64,000 nt of DNA from an uncultured Verrucomicrobiae bacterium (GCA_963804345.1 CAWDPX010000015.1:119147-183146); one strand, 5' to 3'. Counted from the stretch's first letter, positions 9,306-19,567 are shown. Made by a program: numbers and translations. Notes: generated by a model not told the origin, from the letters alone.

Positions 9306-10931
9306 ATGACCTCCAGATTGGCCCTTTCGATTGGATCGCTTTTGATGCTCCTGCCGGCGGCAGTCTTTGCCGGCGTCACGCCTTACCCGCCCTATCCGGG
9401 CGCCGTGCCGAGCGAGTCTTACAAGGTGACGGTGAACGGCCAGCCGGTGTTCGTGCATCATTTTTTGACCTTTGACCAGTTCAACTGGATGGACTATGCC
9501 AGCTTCGCCATGACCGGAAAGGTCCACGTCGAAATCACCTCGTTTGTCTGCGACCGGAAGCTGCTCACCTGCAATATCAGGCCGCTCGCTTACGGCATCC
9601 AACCGAAGATCAACGGCAACACCGTCAGTTTTGATCTGGACCGGCCGCGTTATCTGGTTATTTTTTTCAACGATGAGCCGATGTTTTACAGCACCGGGCT
9701 GATGCTGTTTGCCGAACCACCGGAGCAGAACGTTCCCAAGCTCGGCGATACGAATGTGGTCAACATCATGGACTACCACGTTGACAACACGGGCAAGACC
9801 GTCGAAACCACGAACATCAATCAGGCCATCAGCGACGTTTCCGCCCGGCCCGGCGGCGGTGTGCTTTTATTCCCACCCGGTGTCTATCTGACCGGCACGG
9901 TGTTCATGAAGAGCAACGTCAAGTTTTACGTGGATGCGGGCGCCGTGATTCGGGGATCCAGCAGAAATGCGGATTATCCTTCGGCCCCCACGCCTGCCGG
10001 CGGAAGGCCGCTCAGGGCTTTTTTCATTTTTGACAATGTCGAGAATGCCGGCCTGATGGGGCAGGGCACCATTGACATGGAGGGCTATCCGTGGTTGTGG
10101 CATGACTTCCAACCCGACACCGCGGACGGACGCGCCCGGGACGCGGATGGAAAAGTGCTGGACCCGCATGGCACCGGAATCCGGGGCTACGTGGTCAACC
10201 ACTGCCGCAACATTTCCTTCGAGGACCTGTTGCTTCTCCGCTCCGCCTATTGGACAGTGTTTGTCATCGGCACCGACAATTTCTCCACCCGCAACCTCAA
10301 GATCGTCAACCGCAAGCAGCAGTATCATGACGACGATTACGATTTCAGTGCCAGCAGCCATGTCCGGATTGAAGACGGGTTCGCCATGTCCATGGACGAC
10401 ACCTGGGCTTTTTACCGCGGCACCGATCCCAAGACGGGCGAGCCCCGGGGCATCGAGGACTTTGTCGTGAAAGGATTTGTGAATTACACCTACACCGCCG
10501 GTCTGGCCATCGGGTATGGCGGCGCTCCGGCCGTCAAGCACCTGCGGTTCGAGGACGTGAACTTCATTGCCAACCACAACAAGTTCGCCATCTGGATTCA
10601 ACTGTCGCCGGCGTATTTCAGGGGGCGGGGATATTCCTCGGGCGCCAAATTCAGCCGCAATGCGCCCATGGACGATTTCCGATTTGTGAACTGCACGTTC
10701 GAGAACGACGGCGGGCAGGTTTATATTGACGGTGGCGAAAACCCCCTGACGAACTTTGCCTTTGAGAACTGCGCTTTTTACAAGACCACCAAGCCCAGCC
10801 TGATGATGGGAACGAACGTCGCACCGGTCCTGTTCAAGAACGTGAAGATCAACGGAGCAAAGATCCAAAATGCCGAACAGTTGGAGCGGGCCGGTTTCGA
10901 TCTTTCCGTTCCCGTCAAGTTCGAGCGGTAA
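9306..10931 (+). CDS. Secreted right-handed beta-helix glycoside hydrolase (GH28-like)
   Basis: Signal peptide MTSRLALSIGSLLMLLPAAVFAG. TNINQAISDVSARPGGGVLLFPPGVYLTG and ..HDDDYDFSASSHVRIEDGFAMSMDDTWAF resemble the GH28/pectin-lyase-fold acidic motifs. Confidence 0.6.
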   Translation: MTSRLALSIGSLLMLLPAAVFAGVTPYPPYPGAVPSESYKVTVNGQPVFVHHFLTFDQFNWMDYASFAMTGKVHVEITSFVCDRKLLTCNIRPLAYGIQPKINGNTVSFDLDRPRYLVIFFNDEPMFYSTGLMLFAEPPEQNVPKLGDTNVVNIMDYHVDNTGKTVETTNINQAISDVSARPGGGVLLFPPGVYLTGTVFMKSNVKFYVDAGAVIRGSSRNADYPSAPTPAGGRPLRAFFIFDNVENAGLMGQGTIDMEGYPWLWHDFQPDTADGRARDADGKVLDPHGTGIRGYVVNHCRNISFEDLLLLRSAYWTVFVIGTDNFSTRNLKIVNRKQQYHDDDYDFSASSHVRIEDGFAMSMDDTWAFYRGTDPKTGEPRGIEDFVVKGFVNYTYTAGLAIGYGGAPAVKHLRFEDVNFIANHNKFAIWIQLSPAYFRGRGYSSGAKFSRNAPMDDFRFVNCTFENDGGQVYIDGGENPLTNFAFENCAFYKTTKPSLMMGTNVAPVLFKNVKINGAKIQNAEQLERAGFDLSVPVKFER

Positions 10932-11237
10932 CCAGTCTGGCAGTAAAACCGACTCGTTCAAAATGCAACCAACCCCGGGCGCGGAAATAATGGAATAGAC
11001 ACACTCCTTTCTTGACACCCCCATAAATTCCATGAAAAAATCAACCTGGGAATATGAAAATCAGGCGTGGGCAATTCATATTTTTGGGGACACGGATTTT
11101 TTGTCTGAAAGCCAAAATACTTTGGGGTTTTCTCGAAAGAAAATTAGTAGTCTCAACGTATCCTTCCCAGTATAGGTGTCGTTATCGTCATTAAAAAGAA
11201 CGCATTAAAAAACACGGAATGTTTATCGGAGGAAAAC

Positions 11238-11825
11238 ATGAAGATGACTGGTAAATTTGTTGTGTCTGCTGCTGCTTTGGTGATTTGCTGTTGCAGCACA
11301 TCCCAAGCAATTACCAACAGTGCCATTGCCGTTTCAGGAACGAACATCATTCTTTCATGGCCGAGTTTCGGTTATGAAAGTTATCTTGTTCAATACCGCC
11401 AGACGCTAAACCCTGATGATTCGTGGTCGTGTCTCACCAACGCCTACCACGCAAACAGTACGAACCGCACGACGTTGACCCTTTACGGCGCGGTGACGGA
11501 GTCCGGTGGAAACGGCGGATCATTCACGGCAATGACCGCAGGCGAGAGCGCATACGATTCAATGGCTGCCGGGCCGCTGGCAGTGCCGGTTGATGTGACA
11601 ATTGGAGGAAGCAAGGATTGGGGTACTGTTGATAGATTTTGGGAATTTCGCAAAGATTGGATGGCGGAATGGGCAGGCATTTTTCAAGAGCCTTTGGACC
11701 TGGCTTTTGATCAAGCAAGCATTTTTTCAGGCTGGGTAGATGGCGCACATTATAGTCATCTTAAGAGATACGGCTATACGACGATGCTATTTTTTCAGTA
11801 CAACTTTGCGGGACAATGGCCCTGA
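11238..11825 (+). CDS. Secreted hypothetical protein (FN3-like N-terminal module)
   Basis: 195-aa ORF with a signal peptide. The module AVSGTNIILSWPSFGYESYLVQYRQTL is paralogous to the N-terminus of the next gene. AT-rich context. Confidence 0.5.
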   Translation: MKMTGKFVVSAAALVICCCSTSQAITNSAIAVSGTNIILSWPSFGYESYLVQYRQTLNPDDSWSCLTNAYHANSTNRTTLTLYGAVTESGGNGGSFTAMTAGESAYDSMAAGPLAVPVDVTIGGSKDWGTVDRFWEFRKDWMAEWAGIFQEPLDLAFDQASIFSGWVDGAHYSHLKRYGYTTMLFFQYNFAGQWP

Positions 11826-14005
11826 TGAACCTATTGAGAACTTTTTCCCGACTGTTAGCTGTTTGCGGTTCAAGTGTTTTTTTCTTCTGTTTGCCTGCTT
11901 TAGCGGCGGACGACCTGGGAATCGTTGACACTCCGTCCGTTGTGGATTTGCGGGCGGAAGCAACTGCCACTAACGTAACGCTCACTTGGCCGAGCGATTC
12001 GCGGGAGAGCTTCGTGGTGCTATGGCGCTCCAACGCAACGTATCGGGCCCAATGGATTGTCCTCACAAATCAAATGCGGGCGGGCCCAAAGAACCGCACG
12101 ATTTTTTTTGATACCACTGGCTTGACGCGGATCCAAGGGGACGCCGCGCGAACCAATCTGCTTGGACTGTATAGTGTTTATCTGATTCCAGATTTCTGGT
12201 TCGATATGCAGGGAGTCACCTTGTGCGGCGGTCCCAAAATATTTGGCGAAGATTTTTTGCCGTTTTATTACGATTTGGGTGGCGCGGGTTCCCCCCAGCA
12301 GAATGTCGGTCTCGTGGTGGATGGAGAAGAAGCGGGCTGGGGGATAATCCACGTTGAGCGTGTCAATTTCGGCACTGTGCAGAAGCCGCGCTGGATTGAT
12401 GCTTGGGGGTTTTGGTTCAAAATTGACCTTCTTACCAACGGCGAGCACACGCTGCAACTGCGTTCGATGCTGTCATTAAACGATTTCGTCGGCGACTGGT
12501 CTCAAACTGTTTTTCTTACGAACAAGCCGGGGCGGATAAGAATTCTGGTGAACGGGGAAAAATCAAACCGCAATAGCTGGTGGGATCAGCGACTTGGGCA
12601 TGACTTTCCCGTTCCGCAAACCACCGAAGAATATGCAGAAAAATTTCTTCATGAAGAAAGGAATCCACTGAAAGATAAAATTCCATCGCGGCCGCTAAAT
12701 TTGGAATCTGGCGAAATAAATGCCAAGTCTTCGGGAATGATCCTAGATTTGGGCGAAGTCAGCCATCGTATCACAATTACGCCGGAATACTCTAATGCGG
12801 TGCTGTCGGCTGTACTGCCGTATTTTTCTGATGTTGCGAAAAAATTAGATTTGCCGGTGACACAACCAATCACACCAGCGGACGTTGCAGGCTTCCATGT
12901 GCTACCGTTCCGGGAGATGACTTGCTCAATGTTGCTTAAAGACGGTTCTGTATTTGACTTTCACTTTGGTTTTATGAGCCGCTATTTGAGCCCTCAATCG
13001 GTGGATCATCTTCAGCCAGCACCGAATACTGTTCTAGGACAAAAGCATCAACCTGCGATTACGCAAGATGAAGCAATTGAAATCGCACGCAATGCCATTA
13101 AAAAACTAAGCATCCCATTAGAAGATGTTTTTGCCGAACAGAAACCACGGGTGGCTGTGCGGAAAAACAGTGATGCAACGAATGCAGTTCCCCATTACGA
13201 AATTCAGTGGATTGATCCGCGCGGAAGTGGCCAAATAATCGGCGAGGTTAATGCCGAAACCGAAAAAACTGCCCTTGTAACGTCTCCCGCTGTGGACATT
13301 GAAATCAATGGTGAAACGAAGCAGATTGAAAAAATAAAATTCGCGCTTCTGAAAAGCCTTCGGCGTCTTCCGCCGAAAATAAATATCACACCTGTTGCCA
13401 GTCCCGACTGGCCATCAGTGAATCCCGAATATGCCCGTCAACTCGTTCAGATTATATTCAAGGCCGTTGACGATTACGCGCAAAAACTTTCGCTGCCGAT
13501 TCCGCGGCCATTGACGACGAACAATGTTGCGCGCGCCGAAATCCATGACAACGAAGGCTGGCCGCACGCCGAAATTGAACTCACCAACGGCTGGCGGTTT
13601 GTTTATCGTCACACAATGGTCAATGGCTATTACGCACCGGACAATCTTTTTGCCAGCGATAATCGCCCAATCCACATCGAGGAATTTGAAGGCAAATGGA
13701 ACCTGACGACGAACCAGGCGATTGAGTTGGTAAGAAAGACCCTTACCAAACTGGATTATCCAACCAACAACATTCACATGGATTTTGCTCCGAATATCAT
13801 TCCCCCGGCCGGTGATTTTAAGAAAATCATTCCACGGTATTTCTTTGAGTGGTATTACGAAAATGCCGCGCACGATGACCTGCAATCCAGGTTGGAGGCG
13901 GAAGTCGATGCCAATAGTGGCAAGCTGGAATCCTTCTATTACGATGACAAAGCCTATTGGGGAAGCCGTCCGCCTATTGACGTGCCGATTTCGATAAAAA
14001 ATTAA
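11816..14005 (+). CDS. Large secreted hypothetical protein with internal PepSY-like repeats
   Basis: 729-aa ORF with a signal peptide ..CLPALAADD. The module TATNVTLTWPSDSRESFVVLWRS and a segment type recurring 3-4 times (..AIE[IL]..[KN].[IL].KL..P..) are present. It overlaps the upstream ORF by 10 nt. Confidence 0.55.
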   Translation: MALMNLLRTFSRLLAVCGSSVFFFCLPALAADDLGIVDTPSVVDLRAEATATNVTLTWPSDSRESFVVLWRSNATYRAQWIVLTNQMRAGPKNRTIFFDTTGLTRIQGDAARTNLLGLYSVYLIPDFWFDMQGVTLCGGPKIFGEDFLPFYYDLGGAGSPQQNVGLVVDGEEAGWGIIHVERVNFGTVQKPRWIDAWGFWFKIDLLTNGEHTLQLRSMLSLNDFVGDWSQTVFLTNKPGRIRILVNGEKSNRNSWWDQRLGHDFPVPQTTEEYAEKFLHEERNPLKDKIPSRPLNLESGEINAKSSGMILDLGEVSHRITITPEYSNAVLSAVLPYFSDVAKKLDLPVTQPITPADVAGFHVLPFREMTCSMLLKDGSVFDFHFGFMSRYLSPQSVDHLQPAPNTVLGQKHQPAITQDEAIEIARNAIKKLSIPLEDVFAEQKPRVAVRKNSDATNAVPHYEIQWIDPRGSGQIIGEVNAETEKTALVTSPAVDIEINGETKQIEKIKFALLKSLRRLPPKINITPVASPDWPSVNPEYARQLVQIIFKAVDDYAQKLSLPIPRPLTTNNVARAEIHDNEGWPHAEIELTNGWRFVYRHTMVNGYYAPDNLFASDNRPIHIEEFEGKWNLTTNQAIELVRKTLTKLDYPTNNIHMDFAPNIIPPAGDFKKIIPRYFFEWYYENAAHDDLQSRLEAEVDANSGKLESFYYDDKAYWGSRPPIDVPISIKN

Positions 14006-14112
14006 TCGGCCCTGAATCGCACAAACCTAATTATGTCTAACGGTTCGTTCCCTGCTTAATCAATCCGAGGCTCTTTTTGCTTGTGATGGAATAGTACCTG
14101 GGCACTCCGAAT

Positions 14113-14538
14113 TTAACCGATGTGGCCGCGAGGAAGACCCTCGAGCAAATTACTGCTTTCCTTGATGACACGATGCTCGAACATTGTTGATTCGAGAAGT
14201 CCCCGGACAAACGTTTTGGATTCTTCCGGAATAGTGTTGGCGGGCCGGTGAGGATTAATCCGGACATGGATGAGCCAGCCGCAATCTTTGTGGTCCGGGA
14301 AAAAGTATTGTCCCTTCAAATCCTCGTTCGGGTAAACATCAAACCAGGTTCCCATCGCGTGGTTCAGGTTCCAATAAAAGTACTTGATCACGAACGGCCG
14401 GTACCCGTCGAACATCTTCCGGTCTTTGGTTTGAGTGGCTGTTTGCCGGTGCCTGGCCAGATGATTTTTGATGCGCTTGAGGAGCACAGGCTCATCCTTC
14501 TTCAGGCATTTCCATCCGTAAATGGCAACCGGTTGCAT
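14113..14538 (-). CDS. Hypothetical protein; in the same frame as the upstream signal-peptide ORF 14551..14700, separated by a TAA
   Basis: 141-aa ORF. I recognised no family. Confidence 0.4.
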   Translation of the reverse strand: MQPVAIYGWKCLKKDEPVLLKRIKNHLARHRQTATQTKDRKMFDGYRPFVIKYFYWNLNHAMGTWFDVYPNEDLKGQYFFPDHKDCGWLIHVRINPHRPANTIPEESKTFVRGLLESTMFEHRVIKESSNLLEGLPRGHIG

Positions 14539-14550
14539 AAGGTTCGGGGG

Positions 14551-14700
14551 TTATGACTGGCGGCTCCAACACGAGTTGGATGGGCATGTGACGTCGGTCC
14601 CGGAACGCGGATAACGATCGTCCAGGCACACAACGGCGGGACCGGTTTTGACCAAAACCAGCCTCGCGGCAAACAGCGACAACGTCAGTGGCTTTTTCAT
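14551..14700 (-). CDS. 49-codon ORF encoding a signal-peptide-like sequence, ending in an in-frame TAA 4 codons before ORF 14113..14538
   Basis: Own translation: MKKPLTLSLFAARLVLVKTGPAVVCLDDRYPRSGTDVTCPSNSCWSRQS*. 14700 and 14538 are in the same frame. Confidence 0.3.
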   Translation of the reverse strand: MKKPLTLSLFAARLVLVKTGPAVVCLDDRYPRSGTDVTCPSNSCWSRQS

Positions 14701-14962
14701 ATTTCTGATCCACTTTCAAACTCAGCCCGGAATCAGCCAAGGCTCTCGCCAACGTAAATGATTTTTACCCTAAACGGATCGAAACGGAAGGAATCGGGGA
14801 CAAATTGCGGGTTTGCGGGGGTGAATTGCCCCGGGCGAGGGGTGAAATACCCGTGGTTTTCACAAGTGTAACCATTTGTTTCCGATCCGCCTTTGACGAA
14901 ATTACGAATTGATGGTCTGATGCGTTCGCAACCAATAAAAGACTGCAAATCCATGCTTCACC

Positions 14963-14995
14963 GGCGCTGGTGTCACTTGACCAGCGCCTTTTTTT
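14963..14995 (+). terminator. Rho-independent terminator on the plus strand with no annotated plus-strand gene upstream
   Basis: GGCGCTGGT-gtcacttg-ACCAGCGCC followed by seven T. Confidence 0.6.
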
Positions 14996-15058
14996 ATCTG
15001 ACAGCCCGTCGGGCGCGGCCGTTGGCGTCTGCCGCAAGCTCCGTCAGGGGCCGGCTGG

Positions 15059-15454
15059 CTAAACTGCCTTGTTGTCCCGGCTTTGAATCAACAGGGCGGA
15101 GATGACCCGTTTGACCTGCGTGGAGGACAGGATGCTTTTGAGGGTGGATGTGAAGTTCTCTTCATTTAAGCACTGTCTTTGCACATGAACGGTGTGGTCG
15201 GTCACGGTCAGGGGATAAATGGTGATGGAGTACTGCAGGGTGAGAATCGCAAACTTATGATTGTTGATAGCCGGAGCCGTGATGGCAAAATTGTAGATGA
15301 GGGTATTATTGACCGTTGGCTCCTGCTCAATGGAGCCGATCAAGACACCCTTGGTGAGCTGGCTCAAAATCGAGGCCTGCCCGCGTAAAATCGACGTCGG
15401 AGTTCTCTGATTGGCCGGGGCATTGAGCTCCCCCCACATGTTTTCGACACTCAT
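15059..15454 (-). CDS. Hypothetical protein
   Basis: 131-aa ORF in the AT-rich block. No motif recognised. Confidence 0.45.
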   Translation of the reverse strand: MSVENMWGELNAPANQRTPTSILRGQASILSQLTKGVLIGSIEQEPTVNNTLIYNFAITAPAINNHKFAILTLQYSITIYPLTVTDHTVHVQRQCLNEENFTSTLKSILSSTQVKRVISALLIQSRDNKAV

Positions 15455-15575
15455 AAGATTATTGCGTCCCCATCATACCCTGGCGACCAATGACTGCAAA
15501 CATATTGGCGGCGAAAACCGGTCTTCAGAATATTACCCGAAGAATGTATGGACATTGAAGGGAATAGGTGCTCCA

Positions 15576-15764
15576 ATGGGGATAATGGCAACCAAAGGCA
15601 TTTTCATGTTGAAAGATTATTTCGGGAAATTTTTTTTCCCACGCCTGCATCCTTCACAATACAACCAGCGGTTTAAAATTGTCGCAGCCACCCTGTCGCT
15701 GGGCCTGATCATCGCCGGCAGCGTGACCGTGGTAATGATTCTGAACGGAGTTGTGGGCCGATAG
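15576..15764 (+). CDS. Small membrane protein (one C-terminal TM helix)
   Basis: Internal ATG preceded by AGGTG. TM segment IVAATLSLGLIIAGSVTVVMIL. Confidence 0.3.
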   Translation: MGIMATKGIFMLKDYFGKFFFPRLHPSQYNQRFKIVAATLSLGLIIAGSVTVVMILNGVVGR

Positions 15765-15801
15765 AAATTTCCCGGATTCGCCAAAACCGGCGGATAAACC
15801 C

Positions 15802-16014
15802 ATGAACAACCCGAAACAAAAGTATACCATCTACCGGGACAACGATGTAATCGCCTCGGATTTGCTGTCATTGCCCTCGATCATGAAATTCGTCAGAAAT
15901 GATGCGCTCAAGGAACATTCCCAGGGGCGGCCGGCCTTTTATATGATTAGTGGTTCGCTCGGCTTCAAGCGCGCGGGAAGCCACTTGAAAGGCCGGGTGG
16001 TTTGGGACGGGTAA
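15802..16014 (+). CDS. Small hypothetical protein
   Basis: Internal ATG of ORF 15751..16014 (MNNPKQKYTIYRDND..). No homology recognised. Confidence 0.3.
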   Translation: MNNPKQKYTIYRDNDVIASDLLSLPSIMKFVRNDALKEHSQGRPAFYMISGSLGFKRAGSHLKGRVVWDG

Positions 16015-16223
16015 ATTTCCGGTTTGGCTGCGCTCCAGCCCTGGTTCTCCCGACCTGGAGCGCGGACCCGATCGCGCCCGGCGCGCGTTGAAGGTTGAAA
16101 TAAAACTTGCACGAATCCAAATCGTGAGGGAAATTAATGCGCAAGCAAGACCGATTTGAGTTCAAACCTCGTTGGATGTTTGTCGGAAGTTCTCCTTCAG
16201 TCTTTAAGAGAGGAAATTGATTT

Positions 16224-16844
16224 ATGGCCATGTTCATTTTTTGGAGCGCCATTGGAATTGTTGCCGGAGTCGTGTTCGGCTCCTTCTTTGAATGGACGCT
16301 GCACCGTTATGTCATGCACCACTCCGTCAAATGGTTCCGGTACCCGTTTGAACGGCACGCGCTGGTGCATCACCGGATTTTCAAGGCGGACCACACCTAC
16401 CACCTCGTGGATGAACGGGACAAGAAGACCATTCCCATGGCGTGGTGGAACGGGCCGGCCATCGTAGCCGTGTGCCAGTTGCCGTTCCTGGTTCCGGCCT
16501 TGCTGCTGCACCGATGGGGAATTTTGTGCGGCACGGCGGTGGCCTGCACGCTGTATTTTACGGCTTATGAATATCTGCATTGGTGCATGCATCTGCCAAG
16601 GAAACGGCACGTGGAACGCTCGGGCATCTTCTTCCGTTTGAACGGGCACCACCTGCTGCACCACCGTTATATGGGCAAAAATTTCAACGTGGTGCTGCCG
16701 CTCGCTGATTTGTGCTGCCGGACCCTGCTGCTGCGCTCGCAGGTCGCCTTTGCACAGGCGCAGGGTCCGTCCGTGCCGGACGTGCAGCCGAAGGGAAACC
16801 ATTCTTTCGAGGTTTTGGCGCTGGCGGCGGCGAAGAAGGTTTGA
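16224..16844 (+). CDS. Fatty acid hydroxylase / sterol desaturase superfamily membrane protein
   Basis: Histidine boxes HRYVMHH, HALVHHRIF and HHLLHHRY, plus several TM segments. Confidence 0.7.
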   Translation: MAMFIFWSAIGIVAGVVFGSFFEWTLHRYVMHHSVKWFRYPFERHALVHHRIFKADHTYHLVDERDKKTIPMAWWNGPAIVAVCQLPFLVPALLLHRWGILCGTAVACTLYFTAYEYLHWCMHLPRKRHVERSGIFFRLNGHHLLHHRYMGKNFNVVLPLADLCCRTLLLRSQVAFAQAQGPSVPDVQPKGNHSFEVLALAAAKKV

Positions 16845-17083
16845 GCGGCAGGAATGCCGTTGTTTTCCAGAACGTCGCCAACTCGTTTCGGAGGGGCGAG
16901 CTCCGCGAGTTCCATGCTTTTCCGATAAATTTAGGCGTCGTAGAACTCCGCCCTCCGAAAGCCCCGCTTGCGCATCAGCGGAGTTGCGTCAAATCTCAAT
17001 TGCTGCGTGACAAAGTCATCCGGGCACTGTCCAAACCAGCAAGAGCACCTGCCAACCGGGGCAGGGCCTGTAACGAGGTTGTT

Positions 17084-18370
17084 ATGTCAAGTTATTGCTA
17101 TGAAGCTGTGGATGCCGGCGGACTGAAGACCCAAGGTACGCTGGATGTCACCGATCAAAGCGAAGCGTTGAAACGGATCAAGGAAATGGGGTTGTTTCCG
17201 ACCCGGGTCGCGCCACCAACACCATTCCGGCGCAGGCAAAGAAGGACGTTTGCCCCTCCAAAAATGCTCAATTTGCGGGTTCGAATGCCGGTTGGAAACA
17301 TCAAACCGGCCACGCTCACCGTGTTCACCCGTCAACTGGCGACGCTGATTGACGTGGGGATGCCGCTCATGCGCGGGTTGCGCATCCTGCAGGAGCAGAC
17401 GGAGAACCGCGCGCTGAAACGCGTCATCACGGACATGGCCGCGGCCATCGAAGGCGGGAGTACGTTGTCCGAGGCCCTGGCGGCGCATCCAAGGGTTTTC
17501 AATCCACTTTACGTGAACATGGTCAAGGCGGGCGAAATGGGCGGAGTGCTGGAGGTGGTGCTCCGGCGCCAGGCGGAGTTCATGGAGAAGGCGCTGAAAA
17601 TCAAAGGCAAGATCAAGGCCGCCATGTTTTATCCGGTCGCCGTGCTGGTGGTCGCGACGGGCATCCTCGCGCTGCTGACGGTTTTTGTCATTCCGCGGTT
17701 CCAGGCAATTTTTGACGGGTTGCTCAATGGCCGGCCCATGCCTCCGTTCACCGTGTTGGTCTTGAAAATCAGCGATGTGTTCAAAAGCCACTTTCTGACG
17801 GTCGGAATGGTTGGGCTGGTTCTGGCGGTTGTGTTGCCGATTCTCATTCGCACCCGGCGCGGCCGGCGGTGGTTTGACCGCTTCAAACTGATTGTACCTG
17901 TCGCCGGCACGGTCTGCCGCAAGGTGGTGCTCTCCCGGTTTGCCCGGACGCTGGGGACCCTGCTTGGCAGCGGCGTGCCCATCCTTCAGGCGTTGACCAT
18001 CGTGAAAGAAACGGCCGGAAATGTCATCGTGGGTGGCGTGATTTCCGATATCCATGACAGCGTGAAGGAGGGCGGGAACATCGCCGGGCCGCTGAAAGAT
18101 GCCCGTATTTTTCCGGCGATGGTGTCCGGCATGGTGGACGTGGGCGAACAAACCGGCGCGCTGCCGGACATGCTCATGCGAATCGCCGACACCAGCGACG
18201 AGGAGGTGGACAACGCGGTCAGTGCCTTGACGTCGCTGCTGGAACCGGTCATGATTGTTTTCCTGGCCATTGTCGTGGGCAGCATCGTCATCGCCATGTT
18301 CCTGCCGTTAATGGCCATCATTGGGGGTGATGTCATAGGCGGCGGGGCGGGTGCCGGTGGTGGCAGTTAA
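17084..18370 (+). CDS. Type II secretion / type IV pilus platform protein (GspF/PilC family)
   Basis: From the internal ATG 17084: YEAVDAGGLKTQGTLDVTDQSEALKRIKEMGLFP, FTRQLATLIDVGMPLMRGLRIL, and a duplicated T2SSF-type region with three TM segments. Confidence 0.85.
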   Translation: MSSYCYEAVDAGGLKTQGTLDVTDQSEALKRIKEMGLFPTRVAPPTPFRRRQRRTFAPPKMLNLRVRMPVGNIKPATLTVFTRQLATLIDVGMPLMRGLRILQEQTENRALKRVITDMAAAIEGGSTLSEALAAHPRVFNPLYVNMVKAGEMGGVLEVVLRRQAEFMEKALKIKGKIKAAMFYPVAVLVVATGILALLTVFVIPRFQAIFDGLLNGRPMPPFTVLVLKISDVFKSHFLTVGMVGLVLAVVLPILIRTRRGRRWFDRFKLIVPVAGTVCRKVVLSRFARTLGTLLGSGVPILQALTIVKETAGNVIVGGVISDIHDSVKEGGNIAGPLKDARIFPAMVSGMVDVGEQTGALPDMLMRIADTSDEEVDNAVSALTSLLEPVMIVFLAIVVGSIVIAMFLPLMAIIGGDVIGGGAGAGGGS

Positions 18371-18604
18371 TAACGTTTCCAGACATCCGGGTTCATCCAT
18401 CGGCGTTGCCATCTTCGCTTTGCTTACCGCCGGGCCACAAAACCGAACCCACGTCATGTCACACCGCCGGGATGGCTGCCACTACGGCAGGCAGAGCCGG
18501 ATGCGCCGCCACCGCAACGGCGCAAATTTTTTCCTTGAACTGTTTGCCACAACGGATGGAGTATCAGCGCGAAAATGGTTTTGCTGTGAACAGAAGGGCA
18601 TGTC

Positions 18605-19459
18605 ATGAAAACAATTAACGAATGCTTTGGTCTCCATCGTATCACACTCGCGGGCAGCCTCGGTTTAATGGCGCTCGGCGTGATGGTCGCGGGCTGTGGG
18701 AAACCGGAAAAAATCACCATCCGGGGCTCGAACACGTTTGGAGAAGAATTGGCCCCGCAGCTCATTGCGGAGTACCGGCAGGAGCATCCCGCGGTTGTTT
18801 TTGACACGGAATACAAAGGAACCACGTATGGGATGGGGGCGTTGATGGTGGGGCGATGCGACATCGCCGCAGCCTCGCGTCCGGTGAGCACGAATGAATT
18901 GCAACTGGCCAAGGATCGCGATGTGGAGTTTAACGATCATGTCATCGGCGCTTACAGCGTGGCGGTTGTCGTCAACGCCGGCAGCCCCATCGGGAGCCTG
19001 ACGCGGGATCAAGTGCGGGACATTTTTACCGGAGCGGTCGCAAACTGGAAAGAGGTGGGCGGGCCGGATGCGCCGATTCATTTGTGCAGCCGCGATGAAA
19101 TTTCAGGGACCTATCTGGGCTTTCGGGAATTGGCGATGGAAAACAAGCCTTATGCCCTGGGCTTGAAAGCGTTCACCAATTACGTGGGAATCATCCAAAA
19201 GGTGGCTCAAGATGCGAACGGAATTGGTTATGCCAGCATTGATCTGGCCGGCAAGGACGGGGTCAAAGCCGTGGCGATCGGGGGCGTGGCTCCCACCGTC
19301 GCGTCGGTGAATGGTGGTCAATATCCTTACGCGCGTGTGCTCCGCCTTTACACCGATACGCCGAAGGAATCGGCGACGACACGGGATTTTGTCCAGTTTG
19401 TCCAGTCAAAGCGCGGGCAGGAAATCCTGACCCGAGTGGGCTTCGTGCCTCGTCCTTGA
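18605..19459 (+). CDS. PstS-family (PBP_like_2) periplasmic substrate-binding lipoprotein
   Basis: Lipobox ..MVAGC. ITIRGSNTFGEELAP.., DIAAASRPV.., GAVANWKEVGG.. and GTYLGF.. are typical of phosphate-binding-protein-like domains. Confidence 0.7.
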   Translation: MKTINECFGLHRITLAGSLGLMALGVMVAGCGKPEKITIRGSNTFGEELAPQLIAEYRQEHPAVVFDTEYKGTTYGMGALMVGRCDIAAASRPVSTNELQLAKDRDVEFNDHVIGAYSVAVVVNAGSPIGSLTRDQVRDIFTGAVANWKEVGGPDAPIHLCSRDEISGTYLGFRELAMENKPYALGLKAFTNYVGIIQKVAQDANGIGYASIDLAGKDGVKAVAIGGVAPTVASVNGGQYPYARVLRLYTDTPKESATTRDFVQFVQSKRGQEILTRVGFVPRP

Positions 19460-19567
19460 CATGGTTAAAGCCGGATGGAAGACGATACCGAAGGACGGAC
19501 GCGAACTCCAGTTGTTTGGCTTAACATGAAGCCAACCAACCGCCTTCCGGTTCGACGCGGCGTCAGG

